From IMG/VR virus record IMGVR_UViG_3300029486_000002, positions 8,787-72,786 of that record: 64,000 bases of DNA; one strand, 5' to 3'. This document shows, one piece after another, positions 1 to 7,541 of the stretch (position 1 is the first letter of the stretch; the number at the start of each line of letters is the position of its first letter). This DNA comes from a virus. The notes beneath the pieces were generated by a model, which did not search any database, was not told the origin of the DNA, and saw only the letters and a program-made list of their open reading frames with translations. Made by a program: the position numbers and the translations under genes.

Positions 1-114
1 GTGAACGAGCAGTTGGCGAAGTTTAAGGAAGACGGAAAAGGCTGCGTTACAGGATTTATTTATGATATTCAGTCTAAACTGAAATACGGAAATATGGAGT
101 GGTCCGAGCTTAGA
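1..114 (+). CDS. 3' end of a gene continuing from upstream of the window (partial)
   Basis: Frame 1 is open from the window edge to a TAA at 112-114. Confidence 0.3.
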
Positions 115-163
115 TAAACACCCCTATAACACAACCTCTTTTTAAAAAAAACGACAGAAGATT

Positions 164-394
164 ATGAAATTTAAGACAGTAAAAACGATATTGATGGATG
201 CTCAGAGCAATCAGCAGCACGGAGTAATAAAGATGCACAGCGACTGCGTGTGTTTCAGTTTTACCAACGGCGACAGCGGCGAGGACGACATCATCGCCTA
301 CAGCAGCGACACGGAGGTTATTTCGGTGTTAGGCAAAGCCGGCAACAGCTATATCGACTGCGAGGCGATAGAGTGCATTGAGGTGTATAAGTAG
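164..394 (+). CDS. hypothetical small protein, Cys-containing (76 aa)
   Basis: ORF track; the A-rich leader and ATG fit Bacteroidetes initiation regions. Confidence 0.35.
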   Translation: MKFKTVKTILMDAQSNQQHGVIKMHSDCVCFSFTNGDSGEDDIIAYSSDTEVISVLGKAGNSYIDCEAIECIEVYK

Positions 395-641
395 ACCATT
401 TCATCTCGCGCCCGGCATGGCCCTTGCGAAGGTTCGACCCCTTCGGCGGGAACGCATAATCATAATCAGAGTATTTTTTGTTTAGCTGCTGCTGCGGTCC
501 GCGAGGATAGCGGCAGCCACAACGCCCACCATGCAGGCATGGCGCCAGGTTCGAGCTCCTGGATGGGCGACTGAAAATAATAAAATACGCATTAATATAT
601 AATTTATGCGTCATTAATTTGGTAGTTATAAATATTATTGC

Positions 642-653
642 TACCTTTGCAAC
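642..653 (+). promoter_or_regulatory. Bacteroidetes-type -7 promoter element TACCTTTGCAAC
   Basis: TAnnTTTG-like box about 35 nt upstream of the ATG at 689; the same TTTGCAAC core recurs at 5637, 11609, 38615 and 49460. Confidence 0.4.
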
Positions 654-688
654 AGATAAAGAAACAACTAATTTAAACTTTAAACTAT

Positions 689-1120
689 ATGCGTAAATCA
701 ATAGACACTTACATCGAAGCGATTGCTCACGACAACGAGCTGTATATTCGCGAGAGCTATATGACAGTAGCAGACTACATCATCAACAACGCAGAGAACT
801 GCTCCGGCTATTACGAGTTCTTTGACGACGACGAACTCGACGAGACTGGCGAACCGACAGAGGCTCAGATTGACGAACTGAAGGCTTATCTCTTAGAGAA
901 CTATACTACACCGATCGAGCATCGTATCGAGGACATTGTGCTCACTAAGCACGGCAACGGTAGCGATAATCTACAGTATGTAGCCGACGGCAAGAACTTC
1001 GAGGTTGATGGCGAGTTCTATGTTGATAAAGAATACCGCCTTCACCACACCCACATCTTCGAGAACGGCGACGAGCAGGAGATAGTAATACCCTACGAGA
1101 ATGGCGAACACAAGTTATAA
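689..1120 (+). CDS. hypothetical highly acidic protein (143 aa)
   Basis: ORF track; strongly D/E-rich; preceded by a promoter-like box. Confidence 0.5.
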   Translation: MRKSIDTYIEAIAHDNELYIRESYMTVADYIINNAENCSGYYEFFDDDELDETGEPTEAQIDELKAYLLENYTTPIEHRIEDIVLTKHGNGSDNLQYVADGKNFEVDGEFYVDKEYRLHHTHIFENGDEQEIVIPYENGEHKL

Positions 1121-1159
1121 CTCTTCCAGCCCTACCGCAACACGGACAAGCGGAAAATT

Positions 1160-1405
1160 ATGAAGATTAAGACCTCAAAGTACAATGAAGTAAGATTATC
1201 TGATGTTGCTCAATACATCAAAGTTCCTGCACAGATAGTAAAGCCATCTACGCCAACAAACGGAGTGTTGATTGGTGAAGTTCAATACGAAGACGGAAAG
1301 AAAGAACGAGTATATTCAGACTACGACGTCCGTATCAATAACATTCAGTTGCCATTTGCAGCTGGAAAGGAAAGCTACTTCGATAGCGAGATAGAAATAA
1401 ACTAA
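1160..1405 (+). CDS. hypothetical protein (81 aa)
   Basis: ORF track; preceded by the conserved intergenic element TTCCAGCCCTACCGCAACACGGACAAGCGG. Confidence 0.45.
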   Translation: MKIKTSKYNEVRLSDVAQYIKVPAQIVKPSTPTNGVLIGEVQYEDGKKERVYSDYDVRINNIQLPFAAGKESYFDSEIEIN

Positions 1406-1443
1406 CAGATTCAGCCCTACGCATCACGGTTAAGCGGAATAAT

Positions 1444-1707
1444 ATGAAACAGTTTCTTTTACAATTGGGTAAGGAAAGTAAGGTATGTTCTAATATAGCA
1501 GAAGCCAAGGAATTTGTCTCTCGTTTTGGACATCTGACGAGTGCAGGAGAAAAGAGAATCACCGGTTTGTTTGATGGCACAATAGGCATAAACCGAGACT
1601 TCGCCTGGATGATGCCCAAGCATATTCCAGAATTAAAGAACTACCCTGAGCAGCATTGCAGAATGTGGATAAAACCATGTCCTGCGGACACCAACGAAGG
1701 AGAATAA
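1444..1707 (+). CDS. hypothetical protein (87 aa)
   Basis: ORF track; preceded by a second copy of the TTCAGCCCTAC...AAGCGG element. Confidence 0.45.
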   Translation: MKQFLLQLGKESKVCSNIAEAKEFVSRFGHLTSAGEKRITGLFDGTIGINRDFAWMMPKHIPELKNYPEQHCRMWIKPCPADTNEGE

Positions 1708-1717
1708 CCAGTACGCC

Positions 1718-1921
1718 ATGCACGAGATAATAGACGTAATACACGACTATCTGTTTGTAACGCTCCGTCTGCGCAATGTGCAGACGGGCGCGACAAGAGA
1801 CTGGAGGTATTGGGACGACCTGGAGGATTGGCTGTGCAAGGAGTACGGCGTGAAGGATCTGAAAGGTCTCGTTATAGAAAAGTTGCCTAATTATGGCGAT
1901 TGGGTAGAATCAGAGAAATAA
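1718..1921 (+). CDS. hypothetical protein (67 aa)
   Basis: ORF track; tightly packed with its neighbours on the same strand. Confidence 0.4.
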   Translation: MHEIIDVIHDYLFVTLRLRNVQTGATRDWRYWDDLEDWLCKEYGVKDLKGLVIEKLPNYGDWVESEK

Positions 1922-2034
1922 AAATCATTCAGCCCTACCGTCGAGGAAATAAAGGATATTTAAAAGTCTAATCAACCACAGAGGACACGGAGAACACAGA
2001 CGATGTGAAACTTGTGGTTTAAATTGATATTGTT

Positions 2035-2817
2035 ATGGCAGAACAGATTAGAGTGTGGAAGTCGAAGAACTTGCACTCCACCTATATGCTTGTATATCGA
2101 GACGAGCTGACGGGGAGGCTGCGCGTCACTCGGATGGATGGCAGGAAGTGTGACAATGAAAATGGCCTGATAAACAGTTATAACATGTTTGGTGGTGGTC
2201 TTTGGGCAGCTTGCAGGGACATGGGTAACGATGTTGCGGAGATACGCGCTGCCGTGGATCGTGAGATAGCCGAGGAGACAGCACAGCGAGAGCGTGAGGA
2301 GCTTCGACTGAAAGCGGAAGCCGAAGCTAAAGCGAAGGCTTTACAGAAGGCTCAGGAGATTAGGGCTGCGCTTGCCGGCACAAAGGACAGCGTATGTATC
2401 AAGCCTATTGAGGTGTTGCAGCGGTACGACCTCTTAGAGGAGCGTCTGGAACAGCTGAAGTCTGGCGAGTATGCCGTTTGCATCAACTATAAGAAGAAGG
2501 GCGTTGTTGAGCTGCGCACGAAAGCACGAACGACCGACCATCTGAAGGTGTTGGCAAAGGTGACGAAGGAGAAAAGAAATAGTAAAGCCTCTTTACATCG
2601 TTTTGCCGTGAAGGTGCGCGAAGCGTATCAGTCGGGCATTGTCATCATCGGCAAGACTCACGCCCTTAAAGGCTTCGGCAAGCGCATTGTGGACGCTGCT
2701 CTCTGCGTCAAGAAGAGCCAGAACACATATTACTCATCGTCTGCGCCACGTCAGTATTACGACAAGAACACGCTTGTGTATATGAAGCTGGAGCAGATAG
2801 AGAAAAATGACTTATAA
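2035..2817 (+). CDS. hypothetical protein with a central coiled-coil (260 aa)
   Basis: ORF track; the E/A/K-rich heptad stretch AEETAQREREELRLKAEAEAKAKALQKAQE. Confidence 0.5.
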   Translation: MAEQIRVWKSKNLHSTYMLVYRDELTGRLRVTRMDGRKCDNENGLINSYNMFGGGLWAACRDMGNDVAEIRAAVDREIAEETAQREREELRLKAEAEAKAKALQKAQEIRAALAGTKDSVCIKPIEVLQRYDLLEERLEQLKSGEYAVCINYKKKGVVELRTKARTTDHLKVLAKVTKEKRNSKASLHRFAVKVREAYQSGIVIIGKTHALKGFGKRIVDAALCVKKSQNTYYSSSAPRQYYDKNTLVYMKLEQIEKNDL

Positions 2818-2828
2818 TGTTATAGACT

Positions 2829-3389
2829 ATGGCAGAAAACAGTAAAACGACGAGATCGGCAGGCAGACCTGCCATCGGTGGCAAGAGACGACAATATGTT
2901 GTGACAGACGATGTGCACGAGTGGATAATGTCGCACGGTGGAGGTAAGTACTTGACGGAGACCATGCGCTGTGTGCGCACTACGAGCGGAGGTAAAGGTG
3001 CTGTGACAGATTATGCGATGTGCATTCTTCGCGCTGCCACTTGCTTCGATTTTGAGGTAGACCTTACCGAGCCTTATGCTGACTTAGGATTGAAAGCCCG
3101 CGACATAATATTGTCGGAGGTAAAAGAGCCTGAGACTTACCATGTTTACAAGGAAGGAACGTGGAAAGATGGCGTTTTTAACAATAACATTGGCTCCCTT
3201 GCTATCAGTTCATCGTCAGAATGCCCTGAAGACGAAAGCAAGCGACGTTATTACAGACCGTCGGGAGACTTCGGGGATTATAAGCGTATTCCTTACAAGC
3301 GGGTGAAGGCAGGAGACTATTGTTTGGTTAATCGGTATGTCGACGACAAAGCACGAGTCGTAGGAGTATTGGCACAAGTAGAGAAGTGA
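2829..3389 (+). CDS. hypothetical protein (186 aa)
   Basis: ORF track; basic N-terminus RSAGRPAIGGKRR. Confidence 0.5.
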   Translation: MAENSKTTRSAGRPAIGGKRRQYVVTDDVHEWIMSHGGGKYLTETMRCVRTTSGGKGAVTDYAMCILRAATCFDFEVDLTEPYADLGLKARDIILSEVKEPETYHVYKEGTWKDGVFNNNIGSLAISSSSECPEDESKRRYYRPSGDFGDYKRIPYKRVKAGDYCLVNRYVDDKARVVGVLAQVEK

Positions 3390-3425
3390 AAAATAAATAA
3401 TAACAATAATAAAAAACGAAATATT

Positions 3426-3731
3426 ATGGCAACAAAGAAAGTTTATCCGTTTATTCATGCAGAGATGTTTGATCTTGAAGGCAACAACGACAGAAAGAAT
3501 GTTGTGTTTGACGCGCGAGAGGTCGAGAGCTATGAATCATGGTCAAGTAAAGACGATGAAGATGAACAAGAGTGCGTACAAGTCAATTTCAAATCGGGAC
3601 GAAAAATGTGTCTATACATGGAACTCGATCAAGAGCTTTACCCTGGCGACAATCTGATTACTGCAATCGACATGGTGCAGTACTCTCACTTCTGGCACGA
3701 CAACGAGGACTCTACTCCGGACGAGGACTAA
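3426..3731 (+). CDS. hypothetical acidic protein (101 aa)
   Basis: ORF track; D/E-rich with a terminal DNEDSTPDED. Confidence 0.45.
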   Translation: MATKKVYPFIHAEMFDLEGNNDRKNVVFDAREVESYESWSSKDDEDEQECVQVNFKSGRKMCLYMELDQELYPGDNLITAIDMVQYSHFWHDNEDSTPDED

Positions 3732-3761
3732 CATTATAATAACTTTAATACTTTACAGAAT

Positions 3762-5366
3762 ATGGCTAAGATTATGGATTTTGAGGAATACCGCGCTTTG
3801 GTGGACGAGGTGAAGGTACATGATTATAAGTACTTCGCCTTGAACAATCCTACTATAAGTGACGAGGAATACGATGCACTGTACTTTGCATTGCAGGAGT
3901 ATGAGGAAGCGCATCCCGACGAGGTACTGAAGGACTCGCCTACGCAGCAGTGCTACAGCGAGAACGGCAACGGCAAGCGCACTGTTGCACGTCGCACGGC
4001 TTGCCTCTCGATGAAGAAGTTGCATGATGCAAAAGCGGTTGTGAAGTACCTGAGAGCGCAGCAGCGTGTTGCAAACATCAGCAGCAAGGGCACGGAGGTG
4101 GATGTAGAGTGGAAATTCGATGGCGAGACGGTGAGCCTTGTTTATCGTCGCGGGAGACTCTCGGAGGCCACTTACGGACATGGCAAAGAGCTGTTCGGTA
4201 TCGACTGCCTGAATCACATGAAGTATGTGAATGGCGTTGAGGGATATGTGGAGCAATGGAAGGATGAGGACCGTGTGGAGCTGAGAGGCGAGGTGATTAT
4301 CTCGCTTGAAGAGTTCGCTCGTTATAGCAAGGCAGGTAAGTCGCCAAGATCTACAAGCAATGGCATTATGTCGAAGAAAGAGGCTGTGCCGTCGGAGTGC
4401 ATCCATCTGGAGTTTCATCCTTTCCGTCTTATTATGGACGGCGTGACAAGACACATGTCGGCGATGCAAGCCTTGGAACGTAACGGCTTTAAGACATCGG
4501 GCTTCGTGTCGGCTCTCAATCTTGAGAAAACGGATGCCGAACTGGAGCAGGACATTGAGAACATCGTGTGCTCTGCCGAGGTGGAGCGTGAGTCGCTGCC
4601 CTACCCTACCGACGGTCTTGTGTTCAAGTTCGACAACTACGACTATTACGACCGTATAGGACAGACCGATCATGACGCAAAGTATAATTGCGCTTTTAAG
4701 TTTCGACCGGTGTTTAAGGCCGTAACCACATATCGCGGACACCATACTACGGTAGGCGAAAAGACTGGCAAGGTGACGTATGTAGCCGACTTTGACGAGG
4801 TGGAAATGAACGGACACCGTTTCGCCCATGCCAACTGCGGAAGCGAGCGCACGTTCCTCCAGAAAGACCTTGTGGCAGGTTGCAAGATAGAGGTCAGCTT
4901 GCACGGTGATGTTATCGTGTGTGTGGATAGAAAGATTGAAGACGAACCGGCTATTGATGAGAACCTTATCATTGAGGAAAAGCCTATCATTGAGGAAGAA
5001 TCTATTGCTATTGACGAGGAGCCTCTTGTTATAGACGAATCGGGATTTGTTCATCATCAGGAGCCTCACATTATAGAGCCGGATATTTATCAGGATCGGG
5101 AGCCGGAAGCAGAGTCGGAGTCTATACCCCAGCCGAAGCCGAAGCCGAAACGCAAGCGTAACTATCCGCAGGTAGGCGAGCCGACGCTGCGAGAGGAACG
5201 TGAAGACACGTCGGCAAGGAGAAAGGATGGCAAACTGAGCGTAAAGAAGGTATTCGCCGGTGCGCTTGCTGTACTCATGTCAGCGTCAATGTTCGTAGTT
5301 GTGGTAGCATTCGCCGGAGCCGCCCTGTTCTTTCTGCCGATGATGGGAGATGTTGCAAAGAAGTGA
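3762..5366 (+). CDS. NAD+-dependent DNA ligase, minimal form (Ia + adenylation + OB domains; no Zn/HhH/BRCT) with acidic repeats and a hydrophobic C-terminal tail
   Basis: N-terminus SDEEYDALYFALQEYEEAHPDEVLKDSPTQ matches the LigA Ia-domain signature; the KxDG adenylation motif EWKFDGETVSL; DGLVFKFD and AFKF motifs; an OB-like HGDVIV; C-terminal IIEEKPIIEEESIAIDEEPLVIDE repeats then VFAGALAVLMSASMFVVVVAFAGAALFFL. Confidence 0.8.
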   Translation: MAKIMDFEEYRALVDEVKVHDYKYFALNNPTISDEEYDALYFALQEYEEAHPDEVLKDSPTQQCYSENGNGKRTVARRTACLSMKKLHDAKAVVKYLRAQQRVANISSKGTEVDVEWKFDGETVSLVYRRGRLSEATYGHGKELFGIDCLNHMKYVNGVEGYVEQWKDEDRVELRGEVIISLEEFARYSKAGKSPRSTSNGIMSKKEAVPSECIHLEFHPFRLIMDGVTRHMSAMQALERNGFKTSGFVSALNLEKTDAELEQDIENIVCSAEVERESLPYPTDGLVFKFDNYDYYDRIGQTDHDAKYNCAFKFRPVFKAVTTYRGHHTTVGEKTGKVTYVADFDEVEMNGHRFAHANCGSERTFLQKDLVAGCKIEVSLHGDVIVCVDRKIEDEPAIDENLIIEEKPIIEEESIAIDEEPLVIDESGFVHHQEPHIIEPDIYQDREPEAESESIPQPKPKPKRKRNYPQVGEPTLREEREDTSARRKDGKLSVKKVFAGALAVLMSASMFVVVVAFAGAALFFLPMMGDVAKK

Positions 5367-5372
5367 GTTATG

Positions 5373-5435
5373 TTTTTGTGGAAATGTGGAAATGTGGAAG
5401 TGCAGAAATACATAAATACACATTTCCACAAAAAC
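5373..5435. repeat. long inverted repeat (hairpin) TTTTTGTGGAAATGTG...CACATTTCCACAAAAA with internal GTGGAAAT x3
   Basis: Perfect 16-nt arms read directly, immediately after the ligase stop. Confidence 0.5.
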
Positions 5436-5439
5436 ATAA

Positions 5440-5620
5440 AACAATAAACACACAAACACATCCATACACAAACACACACATAAATATATAAATACATATA
5501 TACATTAATAAACAAAGCAACTAACAAATTAATCAACTAACAAAGCAATACACATACAAATGCACTTATAAACAAATTAAGCAATAAATAAACAAATAAA
5601 TGTGCATGGATATTTGTTTG
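5440..5620. repeat. G-poor A/C-rich low-complexity repeat tract (ACAAACA / ATAAACAAA / CAACTAACAAA units) upstream of parA
   Basis: About 180 nt with almost no G on the top strand; CAACTAACAAA occurs twice, ATAAACAAA at least four times. Confidence 0.5.
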
Positions 5621-5630
5621 TTTCAATTAT

Positions 5631-5648
5631 AATTCTTAAATTTGCAAC
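5631..5648 (+). promoter_or_regulatory. promoter AATTCTTAAATTTGCAAC (-7 TAAATTTG) for parA
   Basis: An identical 18-mer recurs at 11603; a close variant at 38609; TTTG about 18 nt upstream. Confidence 0.5.
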
Positions 5649-5717
5649 GTATTACAGATTATACGTGTTCTGTATATTTGAATAGTATCATCAATTTTAA
5701 AATATACTTTATAGAAG

Positions 5718-6584
5718 ATGGAAAGACTTAGAGAAGTGCTTGCCTTTGTAAACCACAAAGGCGGTGTAGGAAAAACAACAACGGTGCAGAGTTTAGCGAC
5801 CGGATTGCGCCGTTTTGGTAAAGGAAAATTCGGAGTGGATGCCGATGGACGCAAACGCTTGCCGCGTATGCTCATTATCGACCTTGATCCGCAGGCGTGT
5901 GCCTCGTTCCTCTTCGGATGGAGCGAGACTCAGAACGCAGGTAAGCCTACCGTTTACGACGCATTGGTACAGCAAAGCAATTTGCCCGTTTATCAGGTAC
6001 GTGAGGGAATTTACCTCGCGCCAGCTGCGTCGCAGCTTATATCCATAGAACCGTTTCTGAATCAGCGGGCATTGCCTCGCAAAGCCCTTTGTAAATTGCT
6101 CGCCAAGCCACTGAACGAGTTAGCAGGCACCGAACTGGCAGACGGAGGCGTGAACACCGTTATGGATGCTTTCGACTACGTGCTTATAGACTGCCCACCG
6201 GCTATGTCGTTGCTTACATACAATGCTCTCACAGCCGCTACGAGTGTAGTGCTGCCCGTGCAGCTCGAAGTGTTGGCAACAAAAGGTATTGCCGAAATCA
6301 TCAACGCCATCGAGGAAACACGTGAGGATCTTAATCCCGATCTTGACATTCGTGGCTTGCTGATGGTAATGAGCAACGACCAGACCAACGCCACAAAGGA
6401 GTTTAAGGCATATCTCGGCGAAAAGTATCAGGACTATATGTTTGACGCTTATACGCGCCGCGACACGAAGATGGTCGAAGCGCAAGCTATGCGAGAAGAC
6501 ATCTTTGCTTATGCACCGTATTGCAGGGTAGGGCAGGACTATGAGCGTTTTACCAAGGAGATAATCAACAGTTTCACTTTTTAA
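5718..6584 (+). CDS. parA: ParA/Soj-family partition ATPase
   Basis: Deviant Walker A NHKGGVGKTTT; LIIDLDPQA; VLIDCPP; 288 aa. Confidence 0.85.
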   Translation: MERLREVLAFVNHKGGVGKTTTVQSLATGLRRFGKGKFGVDADGRKRLPRMLIIDLDPQACASFLFGWSETQNAGKPTVYDALVQQSNLPVYQVREGIYLAPAASQLISIEPFLNQRALPRKALCKLLAKPLNELAGTELADGGVNTVMDAFDYVLIDCPPAMSLLTYNALTAATSVVLPVQLEVLATKGIAEIINAIEETREDLNPDLDIRGLLMVMSNDQTNATKEFKAYLGEKYQDYMFDAYTRRDTKMVEAQAMREDIFAYAPYCRVGQDYERFTKEIINSFTF

Positions 6585-6595
6585 TATTATAGGGT

Positions 6596-7051
6596 ATGGC
6601 AAGAGAAATGAAGAAACGAGTTGCGCATTTTGGTCTGGAAAATTCAGACGCTATAGACGAGAACGAGCGCATTTTGGAAGCAGGTAGACAGCAGCGTCAG
6701 GAGAACAGGGAGAAAAAGGGAAGTGGAGAAGCGGCAGCGAATACTGTCACTGCTTCGTCCGCAGAAGTTCCGGCGACTGAAAAGCCGACTGTTTCTACAA
6801 CAACGTCTGAGACCGAGACATCGACAACTATAACTCCTGTAGCAGATCAACCGGCAACCACATCATTCAGCAACGATATTGCTGCGAACATGCGTAAGCC
6901 GAAGGGTAAGAAGACCGAGAATGGCATCACCATATACGTGCCGATGGAGTATTACGAGCGTATCGCCTTGATGAAAATGCGCACTGGCGTGCCTATCAAG
7001 GATTTGGCGCTACAGGCTGTGATTGAGTTTTTGGACAGAAACAAAATGTAA
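6596..7051 (+). CDS. small partner of ParA with a C-terminal ribbon-helix-helix-like segment (ParG/CopG-like centromere-binding candidate)
   Basis: Immediately downstream of parA; the C-terminus ITIYVPMEYYERIALMKMRTGVPIKDLALQAVIEFL resembles RHH beta-alpha-alpha; the S/T-rich linker looks disordered. Confidence 0.5.
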   Translation: MAREMKKRVAHFGLENSDAIDENERILEAGRQQRQENREKKGSGEAAANTVTASSAEVPATEKPTVSTTTSETETSTTITPVADQPATTSFSNDIAANMRKPKGKKTENGITIYVPMEYYERIALMKMRTGVPIKDLALQAVIEFLDRNKM

Positions 7052-7204
7052 AATCTAAAGTCTGATGTACACCGATATGGACAACTTTGAAAAATGCGAG
7101 GCGATATTCAACGAGGACTTGTAATATGTAAGGTAAAATCCTACTAAAGTTTTTTACCTTAAAGTTTACGAAGTCACTACAAAAGTGTGCTGTTTTTGGT
7201 TTGT

Positions 7205-7292
7205 AATACCTACGGATTTGTTTACCAATACCTACGGATTTGTTTACTTAAACCTACGGATTTGTTTACCAACTCCTGCGTTTTTGTTTACC
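7205..7292 (+). repeat. four tandem 22-bp iterons (AATACCTACGGATTTGTTTACC; the fourth copy is a degenerate AACTCCTGCGTTTTTGTTTACC)
   Basis: Exact 22-bp period read directly: 7205, 7227, 7249, 7271. Confidence 0.8.
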
Positions 7293-7332
7293 TCACTGTA
7301 GGTAACTGATTGATAATCAATACGCTCAAAAA

Positions 7333-7415
7333 CCCTTAATATAATATAATTATAAACTATGGATTTTTCGTTTTGAAAGAATAAAAGAATAGTTTATGTT
7401 ACATTATATTAAGGG
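7333..7415. promoter_or_regulatory. AT-rich region bounded by the inverted repeat CCCTTAATATAAT...ATTATATTAAGGG (candidate DNA unwinding element of a theta-type origin)
   Basis: 13-nt perfect inverted arms flank about 57 nt of >80% AT, between the direct and the inverted iterons. Confidence 0.5.
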
Positions 7416-7475
7416 AAATTGGAGGAGTTGAAAATCAACGAGTTAGAGCATACGAAGTAAACAAATATATAGGAG

Positions 7476-7541
7476 TTGGTAAACAAAAACGTAGGTTTTG
7501 ATACATAAAAACGTAGGTTTAAGTACATAAAAACGTAGGTT
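7476..7541 (-). repeat. three tandem 22-bp iteron copies in inverted orientation (core AAAAACGTAGGTT) abutting the rep start codon
   Basis: Copies at 7478, 7498 and 7520; the reverse complement AACCTACGTTTTT matches the iteron core; the last copy ends at 7541 and the ATG is at 7542. Confidence 0.7.

Noticed and set aside
430-570. Two tRNA T-arm-like segments (GAAGGTTCGACCCCTTC at about 444-460 and CCAGGTTCGAGCTCCTGG at about 548-565), a possible tRNA or att remnant
   Set aside because: I could not fold a complete cloverleaf around either one, and no integrase is nearby. Most likely a chance TTCGA motif within a GC-rich hairpin region.
3753-5069. Long antisense ORFs overlapping major genes (3753-5069, 13386-14072, 14802-15638, 35733-36293, 36683-37228, 40424-41245, 55286-56170)
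   Set aside because: Each lies entirely inside a well-supported sense gene (ligase, primase-helicase, tape measure, ThyX, YopX) and has low-complexity composition. These are typical shadow ORFs.
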